Positions 45,560-64,000 of a stretch of DNA of 64,000 nucleotides are shown here, in pieces (position 1 is the first letter of the stretch; each line of letters starts with the position of its first letter). Source of the stretch: Dictyostelium discoideum. Taxonomy: Eukaryota. The position numbers and the translations under genes were made by a program. The notes under the pieces were generated by a model that searched no databases, was not told the DNA's origin, and saw only the letters and a program-made list of their open reading frames with translations. Location of the stretch: assembly GCA_000004695.1 (NCBI GenBank), contig CM000154.2:1376001-1440000 (forward strand). Reading direction: 5' to 3'.

Positions 45560-45792
45560 TTAATGATGTTGATAGTTATTTTAATTTTATAAATACTATT
45601 GATATTGGTGATAATGATGATACACTAATTAATAGTAGTGGTAATAAAGGTAAAACAAATATTCATTATAAAATTGGTGTTGTTGATTTGGATACAAAGA
45701 AAATGAATGCAATTCCAAAATATTATAAATTGGATCAAGATATTGTTAAACTTTATAAATCAAATATTAATACTATTAAATCATGTAAATAA
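44134..45792 (+). CDS. Inositol-pentakisphosphate 2-kinase (IPK1/IPPK), about 519 aa. Exons: join(44134..44247,44347..45792).
   Basis: Exon 1 (MTCNISKVDIGLPEYWVYKGEGAMNIVLSYNGPRNEKL) matches the IPK1 N-terminus (DWIYRGEGGANLVLAY). Exon 2 (DGLVLRVKK...) contains EIKPKWAFLP, the EIKPKW motif, then LDLFS, and C-terminal AKDCSIMISF and YKIGVVDLD...YYKLDQDI. These are all Arabidopsis IPK1 signature blocks. The only phase-compatible donor is the weaker GTGTGT at 44248. Confidence 0.7.
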
Positions 45793-46191
45793 AAAAAATT
45801 AAAATAAATAAAAAAAAAATAGAAAAAAAAGTGAAAATAAAAAAATAAAGAAAGAAATAAAATAAGAATAAAAATAAAATAAAAATAAAATTAAAATAAA
45901 AATTATTTCCAAAATTGGAATAAATTGCAATAAATTTAATAATAGTTTTTTATCATAATTATTTTTTTTATTTTCCCTCCAAAAATTTTAAAATTTGTTT
46001 TTTTTTTTTTTTTTCCTATTTTTTTTTTTTGTTTTTTAATTTTTTTGTTTTTATTTTTTTAATTTTAATTAATATCATTATATATATATTATTGTGGTAA
46101 ATTATTAACTAAAAGATCTTTTGTATTATTAAAATTTTCTTAAACATCTATTTTCAAAAATAATTATAATAATAAAAAAAAAAGAGAAAGG

Positions 46192-50430
<4,239 letters not shown>

Positions 50431-50751
50431 AAAAAAAAAAAAAAAAAATTAATCAAAACAACAAATTATCAAATCAACAAATAAATATAATTGATATCTT
50501 TAATTTTAGTTAAAAAAAAGATAAAAAAAAAAAAAAAAAATAAAATTTTTTAAATATTAAATTTTTTGTTGTAACATATAATTTTAATAAATAATTTGTT
50601 TTTGTTTTTATTTTTATTTTTATTTTTAAAAAATATATGTATATAATTTCGTTTTACATTATTATAGTCTTTTTTTTTTTTTTTTTTTTTTTTAAAAAAT
50701 AATAATGATTTCTATTGAATTTTATCTTTTTGTATGTGTATATATTTTATT

Positions 50752-51743
50752 TTATTCAGAGGTGATTGCATTTCTAATACCCCCAATAACTAAACTTAAC
50801 ATTTTAACTGATGGGTCATTTGTTAAATGTACTTCACTTGGTTCTTTATAGAAATTTTTATTAATTAATCTAAGATTTGCTTTAATATGTGCACATTGTT
50901 CTGGATGGTATAAACGAGAAATTAAAGAATCCATTAATTTTGGTTTAATTAAAAAATCTTCATATTGTTTAAATGTTAATAAAATAATTAATTCCCTTAA
51001 ACAGTTATCTGGATCTTTTAAGATTAAAAAAAAAAAAAAAAAAAAAAAAAAGAAATTATTAATATAAAAAAAAAAAAGAATAATTGTGAAAAAAAAAAAA
51101 AAGAATTAATATTTACAATCTGGAGGAGTTGATAAAACTTTACAAATACTAGATTCAACAGATAATTTAGCTTGGTAATCTATTACTTCATAAATAGATT
51201 TATTTTTAAATAAAACTGATCTTTTTAAAGTTCCTCTTATAAATCCTTTTTTAATTAATGATTGTGCAATTGTTTCTGTAATTCTTTTCTATATAAATAA
51301 AAAAATTAAAACCAATTGTTAATAAAAATTATTTATTTATTTTGAAAATATTTTCAAAAATATTTTACCATTTTATTTAAACCGACTGAAATTGTTAAGA
51401 TTGCAGTTGCCATTTGTAAACCTTTTTGAGCAAATGAATTAGATAATTTGGATAATATATAATCTAAAAATGTATCACCAGTTTTTGAATGATCAATTAC
51501 TTTAATTAACATTTTATTGTTATTAAATGATTGTGAGTTTTGTTTTGTTACAATAACCTTATCCATTAATTGTAATTCTGCAATACCACATCCAACGAAA
51601 CCATGAAATAATGGTACAAATGTATATGGTAATTTCCCAGTTTCTGGATTTAATATTAATAAAAATAATTGTTCTGGTAATGTTAATAATGGTAAAGAAT
51701 CATTATCATTATCTGGGTTCATTTTAATTAATAATTCGTTCAT
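50752..51743 (-). CDS. golph3: GOLPH3/Vps74 family Golgi phosphoprotein, about 269 aa. Exons: complement(join(50752..51014,51117..51288,51369..51743)).
   Basis: Exon 1 (LTLPEQLFLLILNPETGKL...GDTFLDYILSKL) aligns to GOLPH3 LTLMEEVLLLGLKDREGY...GDVLLDEALKHV. A GTAAAA donor and a TATAG acceptor lead to exon 2, KRITETIAQSLIKKGFIRGTLKRSVLFKNKSIYEV (compare [31 protein letters not shown]). A GTAAAT donor (phase 1) and an AAAAG acceptor lead to exon 3, ending at a TAA. Confidence 0.75.
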
Positions 51744-52759
51744 TTTTCAAAAAGTTGTTTTTCTTTTTTTTTTTTAAAATTATTTTTATAAAAGATTTTT
51801 TATTATCGATTTAATATTTGTATTTATATTTATTATTATTATTATTATTATTATTAAAATTTTTATTAATATTATTATTAGTATTATAAAATATTGCTAT
51901 AATTGTACAAATTTTAAAATTAAATGATCTTTTTTTTTATTTTAATTTAATTATTATTTTTTCTAAATAGTTTAAAACTATAATAATAAGATTATATTTA
52001 TTTTTTATTAAAGAAATTAATTTATTTTATTTTATATAAATATTTTAATTTATTTAATTATTATTATTAAAAATTATTATTTTTTATTATTTATATATTT
52101 TAGGAAAGTGTTAATTTTATTTTTTTTAATTATTTGTATACAATTTTTTGGTTGGGTGAGAAAAAGATAAAAATACAATAGTAATTTAAAATTTTGTTTT
52201 TATGTGATGGATTGAAATTAAAACAGAAAAGAAAATAAAAAATAATATGTTTTTATAAACCCTATTTTTTTAAAAAATTAAAAAAAAAAAAAAATTAATT
52301 ACACTAATTTCACTTTATTTTAAACGTTGAATTATTTTATGGTGTGTGTAAATTTAAAATTCATATATACATTTGAATTCTTGATAGAGATTTTTTATAT
52401 GGTATTTGGATATTAGTAGGATTTTTAAGTTCTAAATATGGATGGATATTTACTAAAATTAAAAAATTAACCACACCACAAAAAAAACAAGTGGGGAGTG
52501 GGGGATGTGTGGTAAACTCAAAACTCAAGCTTATTATCGTTTCATTTTTATTACTTTTAAAATATGTTTAAAAAATTGTTATTGGGGTGGGGGAAGACAA
52601 TAATTAAAAAAAAAGAAAAAAAAGAAAGAAAAAAATAATAATACAAAAGGTAAAAAAAAAATGAATAAAAAAAAAAAATAAATTGCAATTAATTTCTTTA
52701 TTGTTTTACGTTAACCCCATTTTTCCATTTGAGTGCTTTTTTTATTGCTATTGTTATTA

Positions 52760-53220
52760 CTATATATTTTTGGTTTCCCCATTCTTATTTAATTTATTTG
52801 AAATGTTTGTTGGTGGGTTATTATTATTATTATTGTTATTATTATTAATCGAATTAATTGAATGTATATTACCTAATAATCTAGATTGATGATATAAAAT
52901 TAATGAGGGGTTATGATTCGAATTTGGTGATAAATAGTATGGTGAAGTGGTAGACGAATTATAGTATGGATTATAAATAATATTATTGTTATTACTATTG
53001 TTGTTTTGATGATAATTATTATTATTATTATTATTATTAATTAAAAATGATGAAGAGGGTGATGGGTTACCACTACCAGGTGAATGAATTGGTAAATATT
53101 GTGAACTGTTTTTATTAATTTCTTTATTATAATAAAAAAGAATTAATATTAAAATACCAATAATTAAAACTGCTAAAAAAAGTACAATTCCAATGAATGA
53201 ATTTGTTAATTTTGGATCTA

Positions 53221-53256
<36 letters not shown>

Positions 53257-53678
53257 AAAAAATTAAAAAATAATTAATGATTAATTAAAATTAATATATT
53301 TATAATATTTGAATAAATATATAATTATTACTAAAATTATAATTATTATAATATTTTAATAATAAACATACCACATTTTCCGCAAATTGGTATTGAATTA
53401 TGTAAATTTGGAATTACCATTGTTGAATTTAATAATGATAAAGGTGGTATATCATTATAATTTTCTGGTGAATTATTTTCATTATTATAAATAAATAATA
53501 ATGTATCATTTATACAATGATATTCTAAAACAAAATTATCATAATAAACTTTTGAACATTTTAAATTATCATTTATAGGCCCTAGGCAACAATGATTTGA
53601 ATTAATACCACCAAATAAAATTGTCAAATATAATAATAATAATAAAAATAAAATATTTATATATTTTATTTTATTCAA
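52760..53678 (-). CDS. Hypothetical type I membrane protein, about 254 aa: signal peptide, Cys-containing ectodomain, one TM, N/P/S-rich tail. Exons: complement(join(52760..53217,53372..53678)).
   Basis: Exon 1 is ORF 53346..53678 up to ...IPICGKCG, with a GTATGT donor at minus 53371. A CAATAG acceptor at minus 53219-18 leads to exon 2, DPKLTNSFIGIVLFLAVLIIGILILILFYYNKE..., a TM helix, then a low-complexity tail ending in TAG at 52762-52760. Confidence 0.5.
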
Positions 53679-53681
53679 TAG

Positions 53682-53712
<31 letters not shown>

Positions 53713-53871
53713 TTTATTATTATTAATTAAATTTTGGGGTTTTTTTTTTTTTTTTTTTTTTTTTTTATAGTTAGTATTATTATTTGATTCTTATTAAATT
53801 TTTTTGATTGTTTTTTTTTTTTATATTTTTATTTTTTTTTATCCAGATTGATATTTTTTTTTTTTTAAATA

Positions 53872-53941
<70 letters not shown>

Positions 53942-54507
53942 TTATTGTTTTTATTATTTTTATTATTTTTATTAATTAAAATTTTTTATTTTATTGCAAA
54001 AGAGTTTTTTTTATTTTGGTTGCAAATTTTAATATTATTTTTTTTTTTTTCCAAAAAATAAAAAATAATAAAATAATTAAGTTATTATATGGGGATACTA
54101 TAGTATTATCATAATATCTGTAGAAGTGTGTGTAATGATTGTAAAAAAAAAAAAAAAAAAGTAAAAAAAAAAAAAAAAAAAAAATCTAAACATTTAAAAA
54201 AAAAAAAAAAAAAACCCACTAAATGTGGTCACCCTCTTTAAATTTCTAAATTCAGATTTATAAAGTATTTTTTATCTTTATTTTTTTTTATTTATTATTT
54301 TTTATTTTTTTTTTATTTTATGATATATTTATAATTTATTACCAAAAATGAACATACGTTCACATAAAAAATAAAAAAAAATTAAAAAAAAAAAAATTTG
54401 GTTGGAAAAAAAAAAAAAAAAAAAAATGAAAACTTTTTTTTTTATTCATTTTTATTTTTATTTTTATTTTTATTTTTTTTAAATTCATAATAATAAATTT
54501 AATAATA

Positions 54508-55752
54508 ATGACAGAGGTTGTTAAAATTGATATTGAATTTAAAGAAATAAATCAAGATAATAATAATAATAATGGTGATGAGGAGGAAGAGGATAGGGAG
54601 GGGGAGGAGGAAGAACCAATGGAAGAAGGTGAAACATCATATATAAATAAAGATCAAAGAAAAGCAATGAGTGTTGATTTATCATTAGTAGAGGATGCAA
54701 TTATAATATCAAATAGAATTAAAGAGAAATGTTTACAATTGGTAAAATTAAAATCATCAACATCACCAATACTATCATCATCACCATCATCAAATGTTGA
54801 TGGATCAATAACACCACCACCACCAATTAAACCGACTCTTTCACCAATTGCATCAGTATTAGCCGATTCAATAATGTCAGATTTCATAGAGATAAAAAAA
54901 GCAATTCATAAAACTCATATCGATTCAGAAACTAAAAAAACAAAAAAGAATGAAGAGAAAGAGAAATTTGAAAAACTGAATCTTGTTTATCAAAACTATC
55001 TATATGAAAAAAATCATTTAGAAAAAGAAATTAATTCATATAAAGATTTTAAGTAAGTTTACTAATTTTAATACTAATAATAATAATAATTAATATTAAT
55101 ATTAAAAAATATATACTTTTTTTTATTTATTTATTATTATTAGAATTGATGATCAAAAACCTAAATTATTATCATTAGAAGATTTTGAAAATAAAATTAA
55201 AGATTGTACATCAATTAAATTAGAATCAGTTGACACTGGTAATGAAGAATTAAATCAACATAATTTATTATTAAATAGATTAAATTTTGAATTATATGAA
55301 AGAAATAGGTATGTTTTTTTAAAAAATAAAATTATTTATTTATTTATTTTTTGTTCAACAATTAATTTTTTTATTTTTTTATCTTTTTTTTTTTTTTTAC
55401 AGAACAATTGAACAATTAAACAAGATACAAAGAGATAAAAGATTACATTTAGGATTAAATACAACTAAACAAGAGTTTTTATCATCATTATTAACAAATG
55501 TTACAGCATTGGCATCAAATATATCAAATATTCAACCAAGTTCAACTAGTAATTATGAACAAAGTATATTCAATTTACCAAAACCATTATATGTATTATA
55601 TTATTCAGTGAATTCATATTTACAATCCAATACAAAATCAACAATGAATTCTGATAACCTATTATTAAAAATTAAAGGTGATATGGATAAAGCAACAATT
55701 TTTAATTCTGATTTTATGATTTATTCACAACAAACTCAACATCAACACCATC

Positions 55753-55845
<93 letters not shown>

Positions 55846-57197
55846 CACAAGAAGAAATAACACTTAGAAATAATAACAATAGTGATTATCATCCATTATC
55901 AGTGATTTTAGATTATTTAATATTCGATACAAAGGTATCATTAGAGTTTACTTGGGATTGGTTTAGAAATATTGTACTTTGTAAACCAATAGATCATTCT
56001 GATTTTTATTTATATAATATATTTCCAAATGATACAGGTTTATTAGCATCATTTACAGGTGATGTTGAAATTCCCCCAATTTCTATCACCTCACCAACCC
56101 CTCTATCACCAAAACCAATTAATAATCAACAACCATCACAACAACAATCTCATCAAAATAACATCAATGTTAATATTATTGATTCATATAATAGTGGATT
56201 CGGTAGACCATATAAATGGACACAAGTTTTATGTGGATTATTACCATGTAAATTTATTCAATCCGATAGTAACCAATCTACATTTAATCAATGGTCAATC
56301 ACTGCTAATATTATGAACTCTGTCTTAAAGAGATTAGAGTGTAAAGTTTCTTTAGAAAAACAAATTAATATTCTAAAGAGACAAGCATTAAATTATAAAT
56401 CAACAAATAGTACCTATAGAGAAAGAGAAAAAGAAAAAGAAAGAGAAAAAGAAAAAGAAAAAGAAAAGGAAAAGGAAAAAGAAAAAGAAAAAGAAAAAGA
56501 TAGAGATAGAGAAAGAGATAGAGATAGGGATAGAGATAGGGATAGAGACAGAGATAGAGATAGGGATAGGGATAGAGAAAGGGAAAGAGAAAGAGAAAGA
56601 GAAAGAGAAAAAGAAAAAGAAAAAGAAAGAGAAAAAGAAAGAGAAAGAGAAAAAGAAAGAGATAGAGAAAGAGATAATAACAGTAGTAATAGTAATAGTA
56701 GTAGTACAATAACACCATTTTCAACAACAATTAAATTTATGTCAGCATTATCAGAAACAGATTCAAATAATCCAACAATTTATGGATCAGATTTAGTAAA
56801 ACTATTCTTCAAGAATAGTTTTGCTGATATTGAAGTGTTAATTATAATTCCATCAGACTATCCATTGGTTCCACCAATTTTTCAAATTGAAACGGAGAGA
56901 TCAAAAGAGAATTTTAATAGTTTGGATAAAGATTTAAATCATATTTTATTATTACAAAGGGATCAAATCAATTCATTAGAAACCTTTTTGAATTCTCAAT
57001 TCCTTTTTCAAAATCCTCATCTTCAAGGTTGTTATGATTTATTTGGTCATTTAGTTCAAAGATTAAAAGATATTTTAGTATTCCTCGCTACCGATCCAAA
57101 GATTGTAAAGTCAAAATGTCAAGGTCGTTTAACAAAAGGAAAATTAAGAACTTTACCCTTTTCTATTGATTCTCAATCCTTGTTATGGAAACATTAA
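54508..57197 (+). CDS. thoc5: THO complex subunit 5 (THOC5/FMIP) homologue, about 834 aa. Exons: join(54508..55052,55144..55308,55403..57197).
   Basis: Exon 1 ends ...EKLNLVYQNYLYEKNHLEKEINSYKDFK (compare THOC5 [29 protein letters not shown]). A GTAAGT donor (phase 2) and a TATTAG acceptor lead to exon 2, IDDQKPKLLSLEDFENKI...LLNRLNFELYERNR. A GTATGT donor and a TTTACAG acceptor lead to exon 3 with PKPLYVLYYSVNSY (THOC5 PPPLYVLFVQ) and C-terminal FQIE...KCQGRLTKGKLRTLPF. Exon 3 contains a poly-Q run and a roughly 85-aa RE/RD/KE repeat. Confidence 0.75.
56419..56675 (+). repeat. About 257 bp of pure purine (GA-rich) sequence inside thoc5 exon 3, encoding an (RE/KE/RD)n dipeptide repeat.
   Basis: agagaaagagaaaaagaaa...gatagagatagggatagagat...: there are no pyrimidines on the + strand for about 257 nt. 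In frame with the CDS. Confidence 0.85.
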
Positions 57198-57378
57198 AAA
57201 AAAAAAATAAAAAAATAAAAAAACAAAATAAAAAAAAAACATTTACTAAATGCTATATAATTTAATTTCTCATAAACAAATTTATTTCTTATACTTCTTA
57301 AACGATCAATTTCCATAGTTTGTGTTGTTTTAGAAATTATTTATTAAAATTGGTTTTCATTTTGGGGTATTGGACCAA

Positions 57379-57410
<32 letters not shown>

Positions 57411-58150
57411 TTAAAATACAATTTTATAAAAAAAAAAAAAAAAAGAGTAAAAGAAAAAAAAAATGTTAAAATTAATTTAAAATCAAAGTGATTGAATCGA
57501 AATGGAGGAAAAGAAAAATTAAAGATTTGAAGCATTAAAATGTGTTAAATCGAAATAACTTCACAAAAAAATAATAATATGTATTTTTTTGTGCATTTCC
57601 AAATTAATTGGCTCAAAAAATTTTTTTGCGCCATCATTTCAAAAATATTTCGATCAGATCGGTCACATTTTTTTGTTTGCAAAAAAAAACCAAATAGTGA
57701 TAGGGTTAATTTTTTATTGGAGGTTGGTGTGGTATTTATTGTAATAATAATTATGAAAATGGAATACAAAAATGAAAAAAAAAAATTAATTTTATTCTTT
57801 TATTACCAAAAAAATAAAAATTAATCATTGTGTTAATTTAGACACCCCCAATATACCATATCATCAAACGGTTAAAAAAAAATAAAAATAAAAATAAAAA
57901 AAAAATAAAAAAAATAATAACAATAATATTTTTGGAACTATTTAAATATTATTTTTTCATTTTTTTTTTTTTTTCTTCTTTTTTTATTTAAATTATTTTT
58001 ATAAAAATTAAAAAGCAATATAAACAAAACTTTTTTTTTTTTTTTATTTATAATCTTTTTTGATTAAAATTTATTAAAATATTAATTTTTATTAAAAATT
58101 AAAAAATAAAAAAATAAAAATAAAAAAAATTAAAAAAAATAAAAAAAAAA

Positions 58151-58462
58151 ATGGAAAACAAATTAAAAATTATAAATAGTTGTGAATGTATTAATACAAA
58201 AATGTGCCCAAATACTCCAATAAAAAAAAATATTTACCTTTCATCATCTCAAATAATACAAAATAAAAATAACCAACTTGTAAAATTTGAAGACTCTGAA
58301 TTCTATTCCATAGAGTTTGAAAGTTTAATTATAAATTCAACATTAACAGACTTATTAAATTTAAATCAAGATTATCTAAATCACAGAAAATCAATATGGG
58401 AATCTCAAATAAGTAGTATAAATAAAAGACCATCCTCTCTTGGTATTCCTTTAAAATTTTAA
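58151..58462 (+). CDS. Hypothetical small ORF, 103 aa. Uncertain.
   Basis: ATG ORF with moderately coding-like codons (gac, ctt, tcc). No recognisable domain. It sits in otherwise intergenic A/T-rich DNA. Confidence 0.25.
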   Translation: MENKLKIINSCECINTKMCPNTPIKKNIYLSSSQIIQNKNNQLVKFEDSEFYSIEFESLIINSTLTDLLNLNQDYLNHRKSIWESQISSINKRPSSLGIPLKF

Positions 58463-58469
58463 AATCAAT

Positions 58470-58501
<32 letters not shown>

Positions 58502-58815
58502 CATTTTTTGTTCGACTGAAAATAACTTGTAAATAAAATATATTTAAATATTCCACACGCAATTAGTATTTTATTTTTTATTTTTTATTTTTTATTTTTT
58601 ACATTTATCTTGTATTAAGTATTAAAATATTATTATTATTGTTATTTTTACTTTTATTTTTGTTTTAATATTAATTTAATTAATTTGATATAGAGTACAT
58701 GGCTATTGGGTAATTTATATTACCTAATGCAACGAGAAAATATTATTTTTTTATTTTTTTTTAATTTTTTTTAATTTTTTTTTTTTACATTTATTTATAC
58801 AGTTTAAAAACATTT

Positions 58816-62681
<3,866 letters not shown>

Positions 62682-63426
62682 TTTTTTTTTATTTTTTTTT
62701 TTTTATTGTTATTTTTTTTTTTAAAAAAAAAAAAATAATAGCTTGGAAACAAAGAAAGATGGTGGGAATTTATTGAATTCTGTGTTATGATTGATTGAGA
62801 AAATAAAAAAAATTAGGTTGGAAAAAAAAAAAAAAAAAAATAAAACAATAGAAAATAAAAAAAATAAAAAAAATAAAAATAATAAAAAAAAAATAAAAAA
62901 AATAAAAAAAATAAAAAAAAAAAAATTTGTCGTGCTTACAACTCGTTGGTATCTAAAATTTTTTAGAAAATATCTTATTTTTTTTTTATATATTTATTTT
63001 TTTTTTTTTTATTATGACGTATTAATTTTTTTATTTGAAAAATTGAAATCGGATTATTAAAACAATTAAAATTTTAAGGGATCTTATTTTTTTTTTTTTT
63101 TTTTTTTTTTTTAGATATATATATTTTTTTTTTTTACTTATCTTTTTTTTTAATTAACGTAACAAATTACCAGTTTTTTTTTTACTTTTTTTTACTTTTC
63201 TTATTTTTTTTAATTCACTTAAATAAATTACCAGTTTTTTTTTTTTTTTTTGGGAAATCTGAAAATTCAGTTTTGGGAAAAAAAAAAAAAAAATTGTGAC
63301 AATTTTAAAACTTTAAAGATGATAATTCGTTCTCTATTTTTATTTAATTTTTATTTTATTACTTTATTATTATTTTTATTATTTTTATTTTTCTGGAAAT
63401 TGATAATTATCTTTTTTTTTTTTTTT

Positions 63427-64000
63427 TTACTTTGGAATTGCTGGTAATTTTTTAGAAATAGTTCCGCCAGTTGGTCTTAATAAAAAGCTACTTGAGGGAG
63501 ATGAAACTGTAGAGTTTGGAAGAGATGATGAGCCAGAAGGTGATGTATTGTTATTTGCTGTAAATTGTTTGAGTGTTGAAGATGGTAATGTACTTGATTG
63601 TCCAATTGTTTTGTTACCAGCAGATATGGAATTAAATTTAATTGGTGTTGTTGATGATGTTGTTGGAGGTGGGGGTGGTGAAGTAACACCTCCTGGAGTT
63701 GGTAATGGTTTTGAGGGTGGTTTGTTGATACTATTTGATGATAGACTTGATGGTAATGGTGGACGTGTAACAATAGTTGGGTTTGGAGTTTGATTTGTTG
63801 GTGGAGTTGAAGTAGTTTGGGTTGTTCCTACAGGTTTTTGAGGTAATGATCTTGGTGGTTTCAATACTGAAATTGGACTTGGAGTTGGGGTTTGAGTTGC
63901 TGTTGCTGTTGTTGCTATTTGAGGTGGTGATGATGGGTTTGATTTTGAGGTTGGAGTTGGTTTCAAATTTGATGATGTTGAATTTGTTGGAGTTGTTGGA
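63427..64000 (-). CDS. 3' end of a Pro/Thr/Ser-rich protein gene that continues beyond the window edge. Partial.
   Basis: The minus-strand ORF is open to position 64000 and ends at a stop at 63429-63427. The sequence is proline-rich (...PPLPSSLSSNSINKPPSKPLPTPGGVTSPPPPPTTSS...RPTGGTISKKLPAIPK*) and GC-richer than the flanks. It has no start within the window. Confidence 0.4.
   Translation of the reverse strand, partial: PTTPTNSTSSNLKPTPTSKSNPSSPPQIATTATATQTPTPSPISVLKPPRSLPQKPVGTTQTTSTPPTNQTPNPTIVTRPPLPSSLSSNSINKPPSKPLPTPGGVTSPPPPPTTSSTTPIKFNSISAGNKTIGQSSTLPSSTLKQFTANNNTSPSGSSSLPNSTVSSPSSSFLLRPTGGTISKKLPAIPK

Noticed and set aside
56365-56730. Minus-strand 121-aa ORF (poly-F/L/Y).
   Set aside because: It is the antisense of the purine tract in thoc5.

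Overview
This window reads as Dictyostelium discoideum-type nuclear DNA. It is about 78% A+T, with homopolymer and microsatellite-rich intergenic regions, short AT-rich introns (GTAAGT/GTATGT/GTAAAT ... AG), and coding sequences full of (CAA)n, (AAT)n and (TCA)n runs. Gene density is high: I can support about 27 protein-coding genes on both strands and no tRNA, rRNA or CRISPR features, as expected for a eukaryotic window. Most genes carry 1-5 short introns, so the six-frame ORF track fragments them. I rebuilt exon structures by hand from splice consensus, reading-frame continuity and recognisable protein motifs.

Genes I recognise from motifs: an ankyrin-repeat protein with two BTB/POZ domains; ALG5 dolichyl-phosphate beta-glucosyltransferase; an alkaline ceramidase; a secreted subtilisin-like protease with an EGF-like tail; a 77-aa TMEM258/OST5-like oligosaccharyltransferase subunit absent from the ORF track; striatin; an expansin-like protein; a bacterial-type PurB adenylosuccinate lyase; a P2X receptor whose first exon is 10 nt; Arp2/3 subunit ARPC5; a CDC34-like E2; NOP10; a CBS-domain AMPK gamma subunit; RPL35, whose first exon is 4 nt; IP5 2-kinase; a kinesin-5-like motor; GOLPH3/Vps74; and THOC5. 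Several further genes encode low-complexity proteins I cannot assign.

A 3.1-kb gene-free AT-rich region (5957-9099) holds two N-gaps and a 246-bp exact duplicate flanking one of them. I see nothing resembling a prokaryotic defence-type system. The more interesting items are missed micro-exons, a candidate nested ORF in a long intron, a PurB that may derive from horizontal transfer, a purine-only tract encoding an RE/RD repeat, and an unexplained coding-like segment at 29340-29720.
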